64,000 nucleotides of DNA. Origin: the human T2T-CHM13v2.0 reference genome, Homo sapiens. The notes under the pieces are model-generated. The model was not told the DNA's origin. It saw only the letters and a program-made list of their open reading frames with translations, and did no database searches. Location: the NCBI RefSeq assembly GCF_009914755.1, contig NC_060928.1. One strand, given 5' to 3'. Shown here piece by piece: positions 26,936 to 41,253 of the stretch (its first letter is position 1; each line of letters starts with the position of its first letter). Made by a program: the position numbers and the translations under genes.

Positions 26936-28311
26936 TGTCCCTTTCCTCTCAGTGCTTTTCAATTATGAATTTTCAAATAATAAACTGTGTATTTCATGGG
27001 TTTGGCATGTAGGATAGATCCTGATCTCAATATGATTCTCATGAACTGGCCTTGGAGCTCTCTTGCAGGTCTTCTAGATGACAGCATCCTAGTGCTGATG
27101 AGTTGGGACCTGTGGGATGGGTTACCACTACCAAGGTTGGCTAGTGAGAAAAGAGGCTCCATCTACCATAGGCCAGTAACTGAATCAATCTATAGTGATT
27201 AGCCTAACCAGACTATTTTCTGGTGAGAAGTGAACAGGAAAGGTGTGGTCCACAGAGATCCAGTAATCTATATCCATTACTTCATTCCATGACATGGGGA
27301 CATACGTCCTGGGAGCACTGTGAGCAACAGGTGGAGGCAAAGAGGAGGCAAGTGGTCCCCAGTTTAAGAATAGAGCCCCAGCTTGGGAAAGCTGAAATAA
27401 AACAAAAAAGGATGATTTCTTTGGGGAGATAGCAACTGAGAAAAGAAGAAAAGTTGGGTTAGTAGTGTTAGTACTCACTGGGCACGCAGAAGTAAAATGA
27501 GCTACAGGGAATGGGATTTCAAAGCCAGTCTTTCTCAGAGAAGGGCAATTATTAGAGGAATTATGGGAGTGCATCTCACTCCTGTTTGAGGAGATACCTA
27601 GAGAAGAGAATTCTACAGCTACCTTGAAGAGTCATCTTTGATTGTTTCATTTTGTTGGAACTATCTGGTTTAAAATTTTCTTATATGGAGAAGCTTCCAG
27701 CAAGAAAATATGATCCGGGGGAGTTAAAACAGCCTGATGTTATCTTCTTGCAACCTAACTGTGTAAACCCAGGATTAGCCACAAAAATACTACCTTCAGT
27801 GTCATTTTGGTTTTCACTTCCCATTATGGTTTGTCATTGTGAAATCGTCAAGTGAAATGTTGATGATTTTATATAACATCATATATGTGTTATACAGCAG
27901 ATCTCTGCTTTCTCACATTTCTAAATAATTTGTTGATTGGAGACTTCATTTATTGGTGACAACTTATGCTTTCATCGTGGGATAACTTTTCAGTACCTAT
28001 AAGATTAGGTAAGGTTGGTGGATTCCAAGGAGGAGCTGGGGTCTTTGTGCCTGGAGACAGGTAGAAGCCATGGGAACTGCCTCATGAGGAGCTCTGAGAA
28101 CCCCTGCACAACAGGTCAAGCTGCCGAGGGAGGATGAAAGGGGGAGGGGCAGAAGCAAGGTCACAGGATAACAAGTGCCAGAAGCCAAGAAATCAGGAGA
28201 AAAGGCAAATCCAGAGACAGTACCGGGAACTAAAAGCCAAGGGAAAGGGAAAGGAGACAATGTTTGATGTGACAATTAAGAATGCCATTCCTATGTAAGA
28301 ATAGATAACAA

Positions 28312-28535
28312 TGATTGAAGCCTTACTATGTGCTAGTTTGGCCCTGTGCTTGTCATAGGTTATCTCATTTAATCCTCACAGTTCCTACATGAGCCCTATC
28401 TCTCTCTTATAGATGGAAAAACCAAAACCTAGAGAGGCTTAGTAGCTTGCCAAAAATCACACAGCCACTATGTGGTAGATCTGGGATTCAAATTAAAGTA
28501 TCTCACTCCAAGAGCGCAACCTTTAACTGTTATGC
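28312..28535 (-). mobile_element. MIR
   Basis: ttatctcatttaatcctcaca...agagaggcttagtagcttgccaaaaatcacacagc...ctgggattcaaa. Confidence 0.85.
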
Positions 28536-28772
28536 TCTGGAATTAGACCTACATTCTAACCTGGCTCTGATATGCTTAAGCCCTGCAACCTTGGGGAGGT
28601 TGCATTCACCGATTTTAACTACAGTTTTCCTCTCCTTATATATGGGCATTTAATGACACCTACTTCATAGTGTTAATGTGAGTTCTTAATTTATGAAGTG
28701 AGCAATGCATGAAAAGACTGGAGGGGTGTCTGGCACCTGATAAATATCAATACAAGTTAATAGTTATTATTA
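28534..28772 (+). mobile_element. MIR
   Basis: gctctggaattagacct...accttggggagg...cacctacttcatagtgtt...tctggcacctgataaat. Confidence 0.75.
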
Positions 28773-28802
28773 AATTCAGTGACAAACAGGGGGAATCCTG
28801 AG

Positions 28803-29387
<585 letters not shown>

Positions 29388-29390
29388 AAG

Positions 29391-29536
29391 GGTGCAATTC
29401 TCAAGTGTGGTACCAGGACCAGCAGCATCAGTTCCACCTGAGAAATGCAAATTACTGAGCCCCACCCAGGACCAGCCACTGCCTTTAACAAGGCCTCCAG
29501 GTGATTCTGATGTACACTAAAGCTTGAGGACCACTT
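29391..29536. mobile_element. MER5A DNA transposon
   Basis: ttctcaagtgtggtaccaggaccagcagcatcag...agaaatgcaaatt...ggtgattctgatgtacactaaagcttgaggaccact. Confidence 0.85.
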
Positions 29537-30205
29537 ATTATTCAAAGGTGGCATTTGGAAATCATGAAAAAGCTAGATACTTAACATATATCTAAATACT
29601 TAAGAGTGATTAAAAGTACACATTGATATTGTATTGATTGAAGATTTTAACTGGCCACAGGATGCTGTCCAGTGTTTGTGTGACTTCAATTTCGTGTAGG
29701 TTTTTTCCCTATTTTCCTATGCCATCTACTCATAGTGCAGCTGGGTAAGTCCCACAGAAGTCCATTAGTTTATATGTAAAAGGATGCTGACTAGCTAGAT
29801 TCTGTACCTTCTTCTAGAACTATACATTGTTTATATGTTGCCCTGAGCCCGGGACTCTAAAGTATATTCAATTTGAAATATTTTAATGATAATAGTTCAG
29901 ATGCCTAAATGACTGTCAAATTAGAAATTATTAAAAATTCATAAAAACAACACTGGGTATTTTATTAATTGACATATTTGTTTTGAAAAGCACAGGCAGA
30001 TGGGAAATTGGAAATGGAGTTAATGCAATAATAATATTGATGATAAAAATTTGATAAAAATGGAAATATAAATTTGTACACTGAGAATTGTTTTCTCCTC
30101 AAAGAAAACAGTGAGTGTATTTAAGATATTTGTTGATTGTACGTCATTACTTAAAAGGGCAAGCAGATGATATTTTATTCACCCCCCTTTGTGCGTTGTG
30201 TGTAA

Positions 30206-30568
<363 letters not shown>

Positions 30569-30665
30569 TAAAAGCATCCTATTTGAAAACACTGCATCCA
30601 GATTTGCTAGAAAAGACTTGAAGGTGTTCTTTTTTGTTTTTTTCCTTAAAAAAATATTGACCTGG

Positions 30666-31030
<365 letters not shown>

Positions 31031-31112
31031 TTAAAATGTAGGCTTTCAGTAGGTATATATATTAACTGTATGTTTCGAAAGGTCCTCCTTTATTTTTTGT
31101 TTAAATAAATGC

Positions 31113-31310
31113 TATGGTTGGAGAAAAGTGAAAAGGACATTGAGAAAAGATTTGGGAAGATGTGGACTCTAATCCTACCTCTGGTATTAATTAGTGCCTG
31201 AGAACTCAGGCAAATCACTTAGTTTTTCTAGACTTCAGTCTCCTTACCTGTAAAATAAGAGGGCTAGAGTAAATTCTTTTTAAGGTTGTTCCAACATAGA
31301 AAAGTCTATG
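31113..31310 (+). mobile_element. MIR (MIR3/MIRc-like)
   Basis: ggcaaatcacttag...cttcagtctccttacctgtaaaataagagggctagagtaaatt. Confidence 0.7.
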
Positions 31311-31342
31311 CTGCCAAATGGCAGTGTGCTCCTTTTGAACAG

Positions 31343-31635
31343 TTTTTTTTTTTTTTTTGAGACAGTCTCACTTTGTCACCCAGGCTGGAGTGCAGTGGTG
31401 ATCTTGGCTCACTGCAACCTCTGCCTCCCAGGTTGAAATGATTCTCTTGCCTCAGCCTCCCGAGTAGCTGGGATTACAGGCATGCGCCACCATGCCTGAC
31501 TACTTTTTATTTTTGTATTTTCAGTAGAGACGGGGTTTCACCATGTTGGCCAGGCTGGTCTTGAACTCCTCACCTCAAGTGCTCCACTCACCTCGGCCTC
31601 CCAAAGTGCTGGGATTACAGGCTGCCGTGCCCAGT
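31343..31635 (-). mobile_element. AluS (Sz-like)
   Basis: Full antisense dimer with poly-T. Confidence 0.95.
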
Positions 31636-31809
31636 CATTTAGAATAATTTTGATAAGACTGTGGCTATGTGTATGCATTTGGCAGAACTCTGAAAAATGG
31701 GTATTTGATTTATTTGATTTTATAGAGGAGTGAGGATCTGGAAGGGATATCTATAACATGATAAAGTTTAGTGTGACCATTCCTTGACAGATTTCATGTA
31801 CCATTGGGC

Positions 31810-32038
31810 TAGTTTTCATCAGCTGTGGTTTTGGGGGGATATGTGATACCCTAACAAGGAGGAATTTGAAAATGTATGAGGGTGTTTTTTTTTTATCTTG
31901 ACAATGACTGGATGAAGCTACTGGCATTTAATACAAGGGTCAAGATACCAAATGTCCTGCAATATGTGTATGATGGTCCGTCACTACAATGAATTTTTCT
32001 TCCTCAAATATAAAAGATCTCCCCATTGAGAAACTGGC
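31810..32038. mobile_element. MER20-family DNA transposon
   Basis: acaatgactgg...gctactggcattta...aaatgtcctgcaat...ttgagaaactgg. Confidence 0.65.
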
Positions 32039-32754
32039 TAATTAAGTTAAAAGATTGAGTTTTAACTTTATTTTGTGAAATCATCTGGGAAATTGGAAAT
32101 AAAGTCATACTTTCTGCTGTTTCAGTAAAACAAATGCAAACAATATCTAAGATGACAACTGGTGTTTATGATGCATGAGAGAGAACAGCCTCCAGCTCTC
32201 AGCACTATGTATTGACGATGCAGTAAGAAAAGCAGTGAAAATATTGGCTCTGTTAGTACAGTGAGCAAACATAGCTTAAGGACATACTAGTAATAGTTCC
32301 TTTAAATTACTAGTTTCTTGATGACAGCCATATTTTTAATGAAATGGCTTGCGGAAGTTTCCATTCAATGTAACTAAACATTGCTTGAGTTCAAATAAAT
32401 GCTATGATGAAAGCATTGCATGCATAGATTTCATTCCCTGTGATAAGAAATGCTACTAGATTAACAGTGCTGTACAATATACTGAGTAGTTCCTATCGCT
32501 CCTCCTGAACTTGTGCTGGCCTCCTCCTGCATCTGTATTGGCTTTGTAAATTCTGGGTCAGGCTAAGGATAAAGCTCCTTCAGCAGGAGTGACTCATCCA
32601 GGGCCTTTTCAAGAACCTTTGTAATGTTTTCAAATTTAAGGTGAACTTTGCTTTGGAAACACTTAAATTACAGGATCATTTTCTTAAAATTCATTTCTTT
32701 CTTTCATCTTACTTCTTGCATTTGTCAAGTCCTTGGTTTGCTTGGTTGCTTGTG

Positions 32755-33522
32755 TGTATATATATATAAATATATATTTATTTTATATATATAAAAATAT
32801 ATATTTATTTTATATATATAAAAATATATATTTATTTTATATATAGTAAATATATATTTATTATATATAAATATATATTTATTTTATATATAGTAAATAT
32901 ATATATTTATTATATATAAAATATATATTTATTATAAATTTATATACATTTATAATATATATAAATATATAAATATATATTTATATATATTATATAAACA
33001 TGTAAATATATATTTATTATATATTATATAAATATATAAATATATATTTATTATATATTATATAAACATATATTTATTACATATTATATAAACATATATT
33101 TATTACATATTATATAAACATATATTTATTACATATTATATAAACATATATTTATTACATATTATATAAACATATATTTATTACATATTATATAAATATA
33201 TATTTATTATATTATATAAACATATTTATTACATATTATATAAACATATATTTATTACATATTATATAAACATATATTTATTATATTATATAAATATATA
33301 TTTATTATATTATATAAATATATATTTATATTATATATTATATAATATATATTTATTATATATTATATAATATATATTTATTATATATTATATAAATATA
33401 TATTTATTACATATTATATAAACATATTTATTACATATTATATAAATATATATTTATTATATATATTATATAAATATATAATATATATAATAAATATATT
33501 TTATATATATATATTTATTTAT
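32755..33522. repeat. AT-rich minisatellite, 24-27-bp units
   Basis: 26-mer catatatttattacatattatataaa is repeated in tandem from 33067; related 27-mer aaaaatatatatttattttatatatat near 32790. Confidence 0.97.
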
Positions 33523-33685
33523 TTAGAGACAGAATCTTGCTCTGTCGCCCGGGCTGTAGTGCAGTGGCGTGATCTCGGCTCACTGCAAGCTCTGCCCCCT
33601 GGGTTCACGCCATTCTCCTGCCTCATCCTCCTGAGTAGCTGGGGACTACAGGCGCCGGCCACCACGCCCGGCTAATTTTTTGTTG
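33515..33685 (-). mobile_element. 5'-truncated AluY (right arm)
   Basis: ctcactgcaagctct...gggttcacgccattctcctgcc...cccggctaatttttt. Confidence 0.92.
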
Positions 33686-36600
33686 TGTATATTTTTTAAA
33701 CTACTGCTTCTGTTCAGCTGTGAGACACTGTGGGTATGAAAGGTGTTGTATGGATAAAATTGTTGCCTAGCAAGCCGAAGCCACCTTGATATTTTCCACG
33801 AAAGAAATTCCTGCTCCCTCCGACTTTTTTTTTGCTAAACCTGGGTCTTAACACCTCCTGTGGAGAGGGGGAAAAGGGAGGTGTAATTTAAATGTATAAC
33901 TTCACCTTTCCTATAAATTTGGTGAAAGTTTAGATTAGAGGAGAAGAATAAAATTACAGAAATATAAATAAAAAGTCTTTTAATCTTTCATGTTTACTAT
34001 CTAGCTAGGCCTCCACAGCAGTCCAATAACAAATTAAAATTTATTCTAAATGAAATACAGCATTGTAGGTCCTCTTAGAATAAATTCATAGGACTTCAGA
34101 ATAAAAGCCTGCTTAGAAAACAGCTATTACCATCTCTCCTCCAATCTTTCCATTGGAAAATGAATCCAAAGTGATTGAGGTGATTTGCCCCAGGACACGT
34201 GAGGAACAAGCATACCAGCCTCTTGAACTTTGGCAGCTGGCCTATTTCTCAGGAGCCTTTCTCACCTGGGGTTCCTTGAGAAAATTGAACTTAAATGCTC
34301 TCCTAAGACATCTGATGCATATAATGAATTGCCTCTTCTGCTTTGCAACTAGAAGGGTACTAGTTAAGTACCATCTTTGGCAAAAATGGAGAAAAGAGTC
34401 ACTAGTATGATTTTCTGTGTTCCATTGTTTAGATGAGAAACATTTTGGCTCAAAAAGAGAAAGAGAATGTGTAATTAACATCTTTGAAAGCATTTTTATG
34501 GAGCTTAGATTAACCCTAAAGGCAGCTGAAAATTGTACCATATTGATTTCAAGGTGTAACTTGTAACTTGTTTTTGGTTACATTTTTAAGCTAATTCCTT
34601 CTACATTCCTTGTAATAATATTAATTATGTTTGAACCCATTTAAAGTAAATTGAATATTCTCCACACTGTAGATTTTCAATTAATTCAGCCTTCAAACCA
34701 CATCAGAATTGTACATTATTTTATGATCTTCATGTGCCTGAAAAACAACAAATAAGTCTGATGGCATTTAACACTTAAGAGATTTCATGCAGAAAGTAAA
34801 AATAAAAACGAAAAATAACGGGTTAATCTCTTTAAGCACTGCCTTGACCAGTCAAATAATCACTGAAGGTGAGTGAGAGAATGGATGAGGAGAGAAAAAG
34901 AGGATTCAGCTCATGATGACTGCTGTGCAAATCTGAGAAACAGGGAGAGTTGTTTCTGTGCAGGGCTTTTATTATCTCTCTGTTTGCAGTCCCATCCTTG
35001 ACTGTTTAATTTGTGGAACATTCCAGGGAGTATCCTTAGCTTCCCTGACATGAGCCTGAGACTGGGACTTGATGACTCAGAGGGACTCCTTTCTTAAACA
35101 GGAGAGGTCAAATAGAGCCAGTTGGCCCTGCAGCTCATGGCTCAGCTGGGTGAGACAGACTCTTCATCTGGAGCAAGGTGAGCCCTTTGTGCAGCTGAGC
35201 TGTGGGGTGCCAGAGAATGCTGCTCCACAAACCTTTGCAGGAAGCTTTGAAAAATATAGGATGTGGTCTCAGAAACACTGGGTTATTTCTGTAGCTCAAA
35301 AGAAAGAATACTAAATACTTAGATTTCCTTCCGACATTTGCTCATGGCTCAATGGTGTCCCTTCTGGGACTGTGCTTCTGATATATATTTCCAAGCAAGA
35401 ATAGGACAGCAGTGGCTTGTGAGGGTTAGAACTTACTTGTTTAGCAAGTAACACTCGGACCAAATAAGGAGCAATAATACTAGTGGCATGTTTTTACTGC
35501 TGTTTTCTGTTAGTTTGATGTAACGAAGATTTTCTTAATCTCTTAGAAATAGCCATTAAGTAAAATAAAATTATATTGAACTATTTGATGGAAATGCCAA
35601 GCAATTAGTGTATGACATCATTTATGAGCTGTATTATTAATGTGAAATGCTAGAATAATTCAGCAAGAGTAAATGACATGCAAAGGTCATATTACCATGG
35701 GCCTGGAGGGGGCAGAAATGGGAGGGAGAGGGAGAATAAATATATATGTCATGTTAAGGTAGAATGTGATAAAATTACTGGTGATATTTTGTATTAGCCT
35801 GAGATATGCTGAATTACAGTTGGTGATGCTTTTTGTCAAGGTAGTTAGGGAACAGGTCTAGTGATTGCTTACAAGATTAGAGATTGATTCCTGATACCAA
35901 TGTTGACCCATAAATTGTAGCTAGAACAATTTAAGACTGTGTTTACAGGCTTGGAGGCAGTCAGCAGAGGCCTCTGGTTCATAGGAACCAGGTTATATTT
36001 TGCCTTAAATCTGAGCTTTGCTTTGAAATAAAGATATTAGATGCTTTTTCTTGAGTTGGTAGTTCTTTTGCTTTGCAATTTCCTGGTATTCCATTGTTAA
36101 ATTACAATTCTCTTTAGAATTCATTCACACATGAACCAGTTTACCCTTTCTGAATTTCGTGCCATAATTGATTTTAATAAGAGGCAGGGAAGCATCATTA
36201 TTGTCTGACCATTAAGAATTATAGTTAAACAATCAAGCCATGGAACATTTGTTTGGGAGCTTTGAGGAAGGTTTTAATTAGCCCTAGCTCTTATTAGAAT
36301 GATGCATTTACCTCTTGCAGGTCTATGAATTTAGCACTTTTTGTTTGTGGTGAATTAGTGGCCAGTGACTAGTATTTGATGGAATCAAAAAGATTTGTTA
36401 TTTTGCCCCAAAACAGAGCTTGTATGACCAGACATTATAAAAGCCTTGATAATTGTAGAATTTATTAATAAAAATTTTCCCCACAGGGACCACTCAATAT
36501 AATTCCAAATATCTCAGATTTTTCTCATCTTCATATGTTTATTCCAACACAAATGCTTCTTTCTGCAAACTCCTATTTGCCTTTGCTTAATATAATAGGT

Positions 36601-37589
36601 TTGTTTAGTTTTACATTCTCCTGTTATTTAAGCAAGATTGAATCTTTTTTTCCACCTGCAATTGGTATTTATAAGGGTCATACAAAACTTGTTACTTTAG
36701 GTTGATCAATTACCTTATTATCTTGTTTTGTCCCCTTGGAGGTTATGACAAAATGGTGCATAATACCAAATGTCTTGTAATTCATCACATAAAAATAATG
36801 TAATTTTAAGTTGATAACTTTTTCATAATTAATGATTGGTTTTAGATCATAATTTTTTAGCTTATTGATGGCTAATGTGGTACATTCTTCCATTTAAAGT
36901 AAGCCCTTAAGAAAAATAACAATTTTGTTATCTCTCATTTCCTCTGCTAATTTTTGTGTTTAACTTTAAATATCAAATTCAGAAATATAATTATAAAAAT
37001 AAGTAACAGAAACTGTTCTATTCTGGTATTAATTGCCACTTACTGTTCTTGGACTTTTTCAATTATTTTAATTAATAAATCAGCTAGGCTGTATTTCAAC
37101 TTGGACATTATCCAGAAATCACCTTGGGTCTGTTTAACACACACACACACACAGCTGTGTGGAAACCAGGCTGGAGGGAGCAATTATGCTGAGTAGGAGT
37201 CCCAAGAGGGGTTCTGTGTGCACTAGGTACTTCCTGGGGACTTGGAACTGATGGTTTTTATCTAGGCTGTTGCCCTGAATCTATACTTGTTTCTTAGCCC
37301 AAGGAGGGCTCTGGCCAGAGTACTGTCAACCAAGTGTCTTGTGATGAGAACCTCTAATGCCTCTGGGTGTCTGGAGTGCTATCTCATTGAATTAGCCTCA
37401 AGTTGAACTCCCTTAGAAGTTTCAGCTGCTTCATGTTCTGAATTCTAATGAATTTGAAACTATACTGAGCAGGTGACAGCTGTGAGTGAGGGACCACATC
37501 ACCAGCTTATTTACTTTTATTCTAATTCAAAGTGATAGGCCCCTTCCTCTTTGAAGTTAAATGTCTTGTTTCTATTCTTTCTCTAACCA

Positions 37590-37745
37590 CTTTTTTGTCT
37601 TTTGTCTTTCTTCCATTTTGGTTCTTTTTATTTCCTCTCTCTCTTCCTCGCCATTCCCTCTTCCTCCCGTATTTCCTCCCTCTTCCCTCCTCCCTCCTTC
37701 CCTCCCTTCCTTCCTTCTTCTGTTCTTTGCCTTTTCTCTTTATTA
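37590..37745. repeat. CT-rich low-complexity tract
   Basis: Read directly (cttccctccttccttcc...). Confidence 0.85.
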
Positions 37746-38297
37746 CCCTAGAACCTTGTCATATCAGTTTCCTCTAAGGACCAAACTTTCTTATGATCTT
37801 TTTCTTCCTCTATTCCTTCTTCTTATTATTACTGGTCATGGTGTTTATTGGCCCTCTTTCTTCTTCAGTTACACATTTCCAGGATGTGCTATCCTGGTCG
37901 ATATCTTCGTTTCTTTTGGACTCCAAAGCCATGGACTAAATATTTCACTTTAATTGTTCAAAACTGCTTGAATGAACTGTTGTATAATTATTATTAGCTC
38001 CTCCTTTCTACTCCTATCCTCATAAAGCTTTTATGGAAATGTAAAACCAGATAAGCAGCTGGTTTGATAAATATTACTGTGATAATGGATTCAAAAAAGC
38101 CTATATTTAAAGAGTCAGTCTGCTCTAACATTCACTAACAGTGCCAAGCCACTTAAAACATTTTTTTAAATGGGGATAATTGCCAAACGGGATAACATGG
38201 CTGAAAACATTTCATGTTACAAATGATACTTATTGCTACTGAGATTTACTATCAAAGAGAGTCACTATTCAGTGTCACAGGACATTTCAAAATCTAT

Positions 38298-39400
38298 ATT
38301 TTATTTTTTTAACTTTTTATTTCAAAATAATTTGAAACATAAAAAATTGCAAAATGTATTCCCATATAACCTTTTCTAAATGTTAGCATTTTAGAGTTAT
38401 CAAAACCAGAAAATTAACACTGATAAAATACTATTAACTAATCTGTAGTTGTTATTCAAATTTCATCAGTTATCTCACCAATGTCCTTTTTCTAGAGTAA
38501 GAGACAAACCGAAATCATACACAACATTTATTTGTCATGTCTCTTAGTTTCCTCCAATCTGGGTAGTCTTTCCGTATCTTACGAGATCTTGACACTTTTG
38601 AAGTCTAGTGACCAGGTATTTTGGAGAATGTCTCTCACTTTGTGTTCTGATAATAAAAGTCAGGTTGTACATTTTTGGCAAGAGTACCATAGAATTAGGG
38701 CTGTCCCCTTCTCAGTGCATCATATCAGGAAGCGCATGATGTCAATTTGTCTAAATACTACTGATGTTAACTCCAATTATTCATTCTAGGCTGGCCAGGT
38801 TTCTCTACTATAAAGTTGCTAGTTTACTTTCTGTAACTAATAAGCATTATGTGGAGAGATACTATGTAAATGACCAGTTTTTTCTATCATACTTTCAGCT
38901 ATGAATTTTGTACTCATTGATCATTCTTGCCTGAAACAGTTGTCACTATGGTGTTTGCCAAATGGCGATTTTCTATCTTCATAATTCCTTCTACCATTAT
39001 TAGTTAAAATTCTTCTACGCGGAAGTTTTCCCTTACCCCCCACTTACTTACTTTCAATTATTTATGTATATCAGTATGGACTCGTGGGTATCTGTTTCAT
39101 TCTGTGAGCTATAATCCATTACAACTGATATTTATTTTGTTGCTCAAATTGTCCACATTTGACCATTGGAAGCCCTTTAAGTTGGCTCTTGTGCCCTTTC
39201 TTCATATCACCATCATTTTTGAACATTCTTCTTTTCTGGTACCACAAGACACTCTAGGCTCTTCTTGTACTCCATTTGATCCAGCCCATGAGTCAATCAT
39301 TTTCTAAAGACACCAGATTTCTGTTATTAAAGAATAGAATTTAGAAACCAAAAATCTGGGTGTTACTTGTGCTTATTCACAAAAGAACGTATCTCCTTTT
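38298..39400 (-). mobile_element. Old L1 (L1MC/MD-type) 3' region
   Basis: atcaaaaccagaaaattaacactgataaaatactatt...gtcatgtctcttagtttcctccaatctgg...atttagaaaccaaaaatctggg. Confidence 0.7.
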
Positions 39401-39745
39401 TTCTACAGTCTATTTACTTATTTGCTTAAATCTTCCATACACATAAAGTACTTTCAGAATTGTTCATCCATACTTCTGTGAAAAATATTTACTAACAAGA
39501 GTACAATATTTAGCCTTAGAATATAGGGTCAAAACGCTTTATTTCCTAAGTTACTTTTCTTCTCTTCCTCATCGTGAAAAATTTTGTGCTTTGACCTACA
39601 AGGAAAACTATGGTGACTTCATGTTGACCTGAATATTTACATACTTAAGTGAGTTGTCTACAAATCAAGGTTGTATTTTTTAATAGACTGATTTTAATAC
39701 TTGCTTTGTTGTTGATATGAAAATGAAGCCTCATATTTCTATCAT

Positions 39746-39997
39746 GTTTTCTTTTTTTTCTTTATTTCTTCTAAAAAAATGGTATGGATATGCAGAACGT
39801 GCAGCTTTGTTACATACGTATACATGTGCCATGGTGATTTGCTGCACCTACTGACCCATCCTCTAACTTCCCTCCCCTCACACCCCATCCCCCAACATCG
39901 TGTGTGTGGTTCCCCTCTCTGTGTCCATGTGTTCTCATTGTTCAACACCCACTTAATGAGTGAGAACATACAGTGTTTGGTTTTCTGTTCCTGTGTT
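39746..39997 (-). mobile_element. L1PA (older, about PA8-PA11) 3'UTR fragment
   Basis: tttatttcttctaaaaaaa...tgcagaacgtgcag...gagtgagaacatacagtgtttggttttctgttcctgtgtta. Confidence 0.85.
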
Positions 39998-40050
39998 ATA
40001 TGTAACATTATTATACATTTTTTTTTTACTCTTTTAATATCTTTAATATT

Positions 40051-40308
<258 letters not shown>

Positions 40309-40418
40309 TTAAGTCTGTCATGTAGGAAATAAAATAACAGAAAATAGCCTTCTTTCAAGTTTCTGTAACGGAATACAAGATAAAACTTCATGAAAACTCT
40401 CAAGAAAAAGAGTGACCT

Positions 40419-40716
40419 GGCCGGGCGCGATGGCTCACGCCTGTAATCCCAGCACTTTGGGAGGCCAAGGTGGGGAGATCATGAGGTCAGGAGTTCGAGA
40501 CCAGTCTGGCCAACATAGTGAAACTCCGTCTCTAATAAAAATACAAGAAATTAGCTGGGCGGGGTGGCGGGCGCCTGTAGTCCCAGCTACTCGAGAGGCT
40601 GAGGTAGAATGGCATGAACCCGGGAGGCGGAGCTTGCAGTGAGCCGAGATCGCGCCACTGCACTCCAGCCCAGGCGACAGTGCGAGACTCCGTCTCAAAA
40701 AAAAAAAAAAAAAAAA
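40419..40716 (+). mobile_element. Alu with S-type left arm and Y-type right arm
   Basis: Full dimer with TSD aaaaagagtgacct on both sides. Confidence 0.96.
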
Positions 40717-40833
40717 GAGTGACCTGAGCCAAAAATGACCCTCCACTTTTACAAACCATTTTGTCTTCCTGAAAGACATGACCTATAAATGACCGAGTAT
40801 GAACAGTATCTTTACACTTCTTTCTTTCCTTGA

Positions 40834-41253
<420 letters not shown>

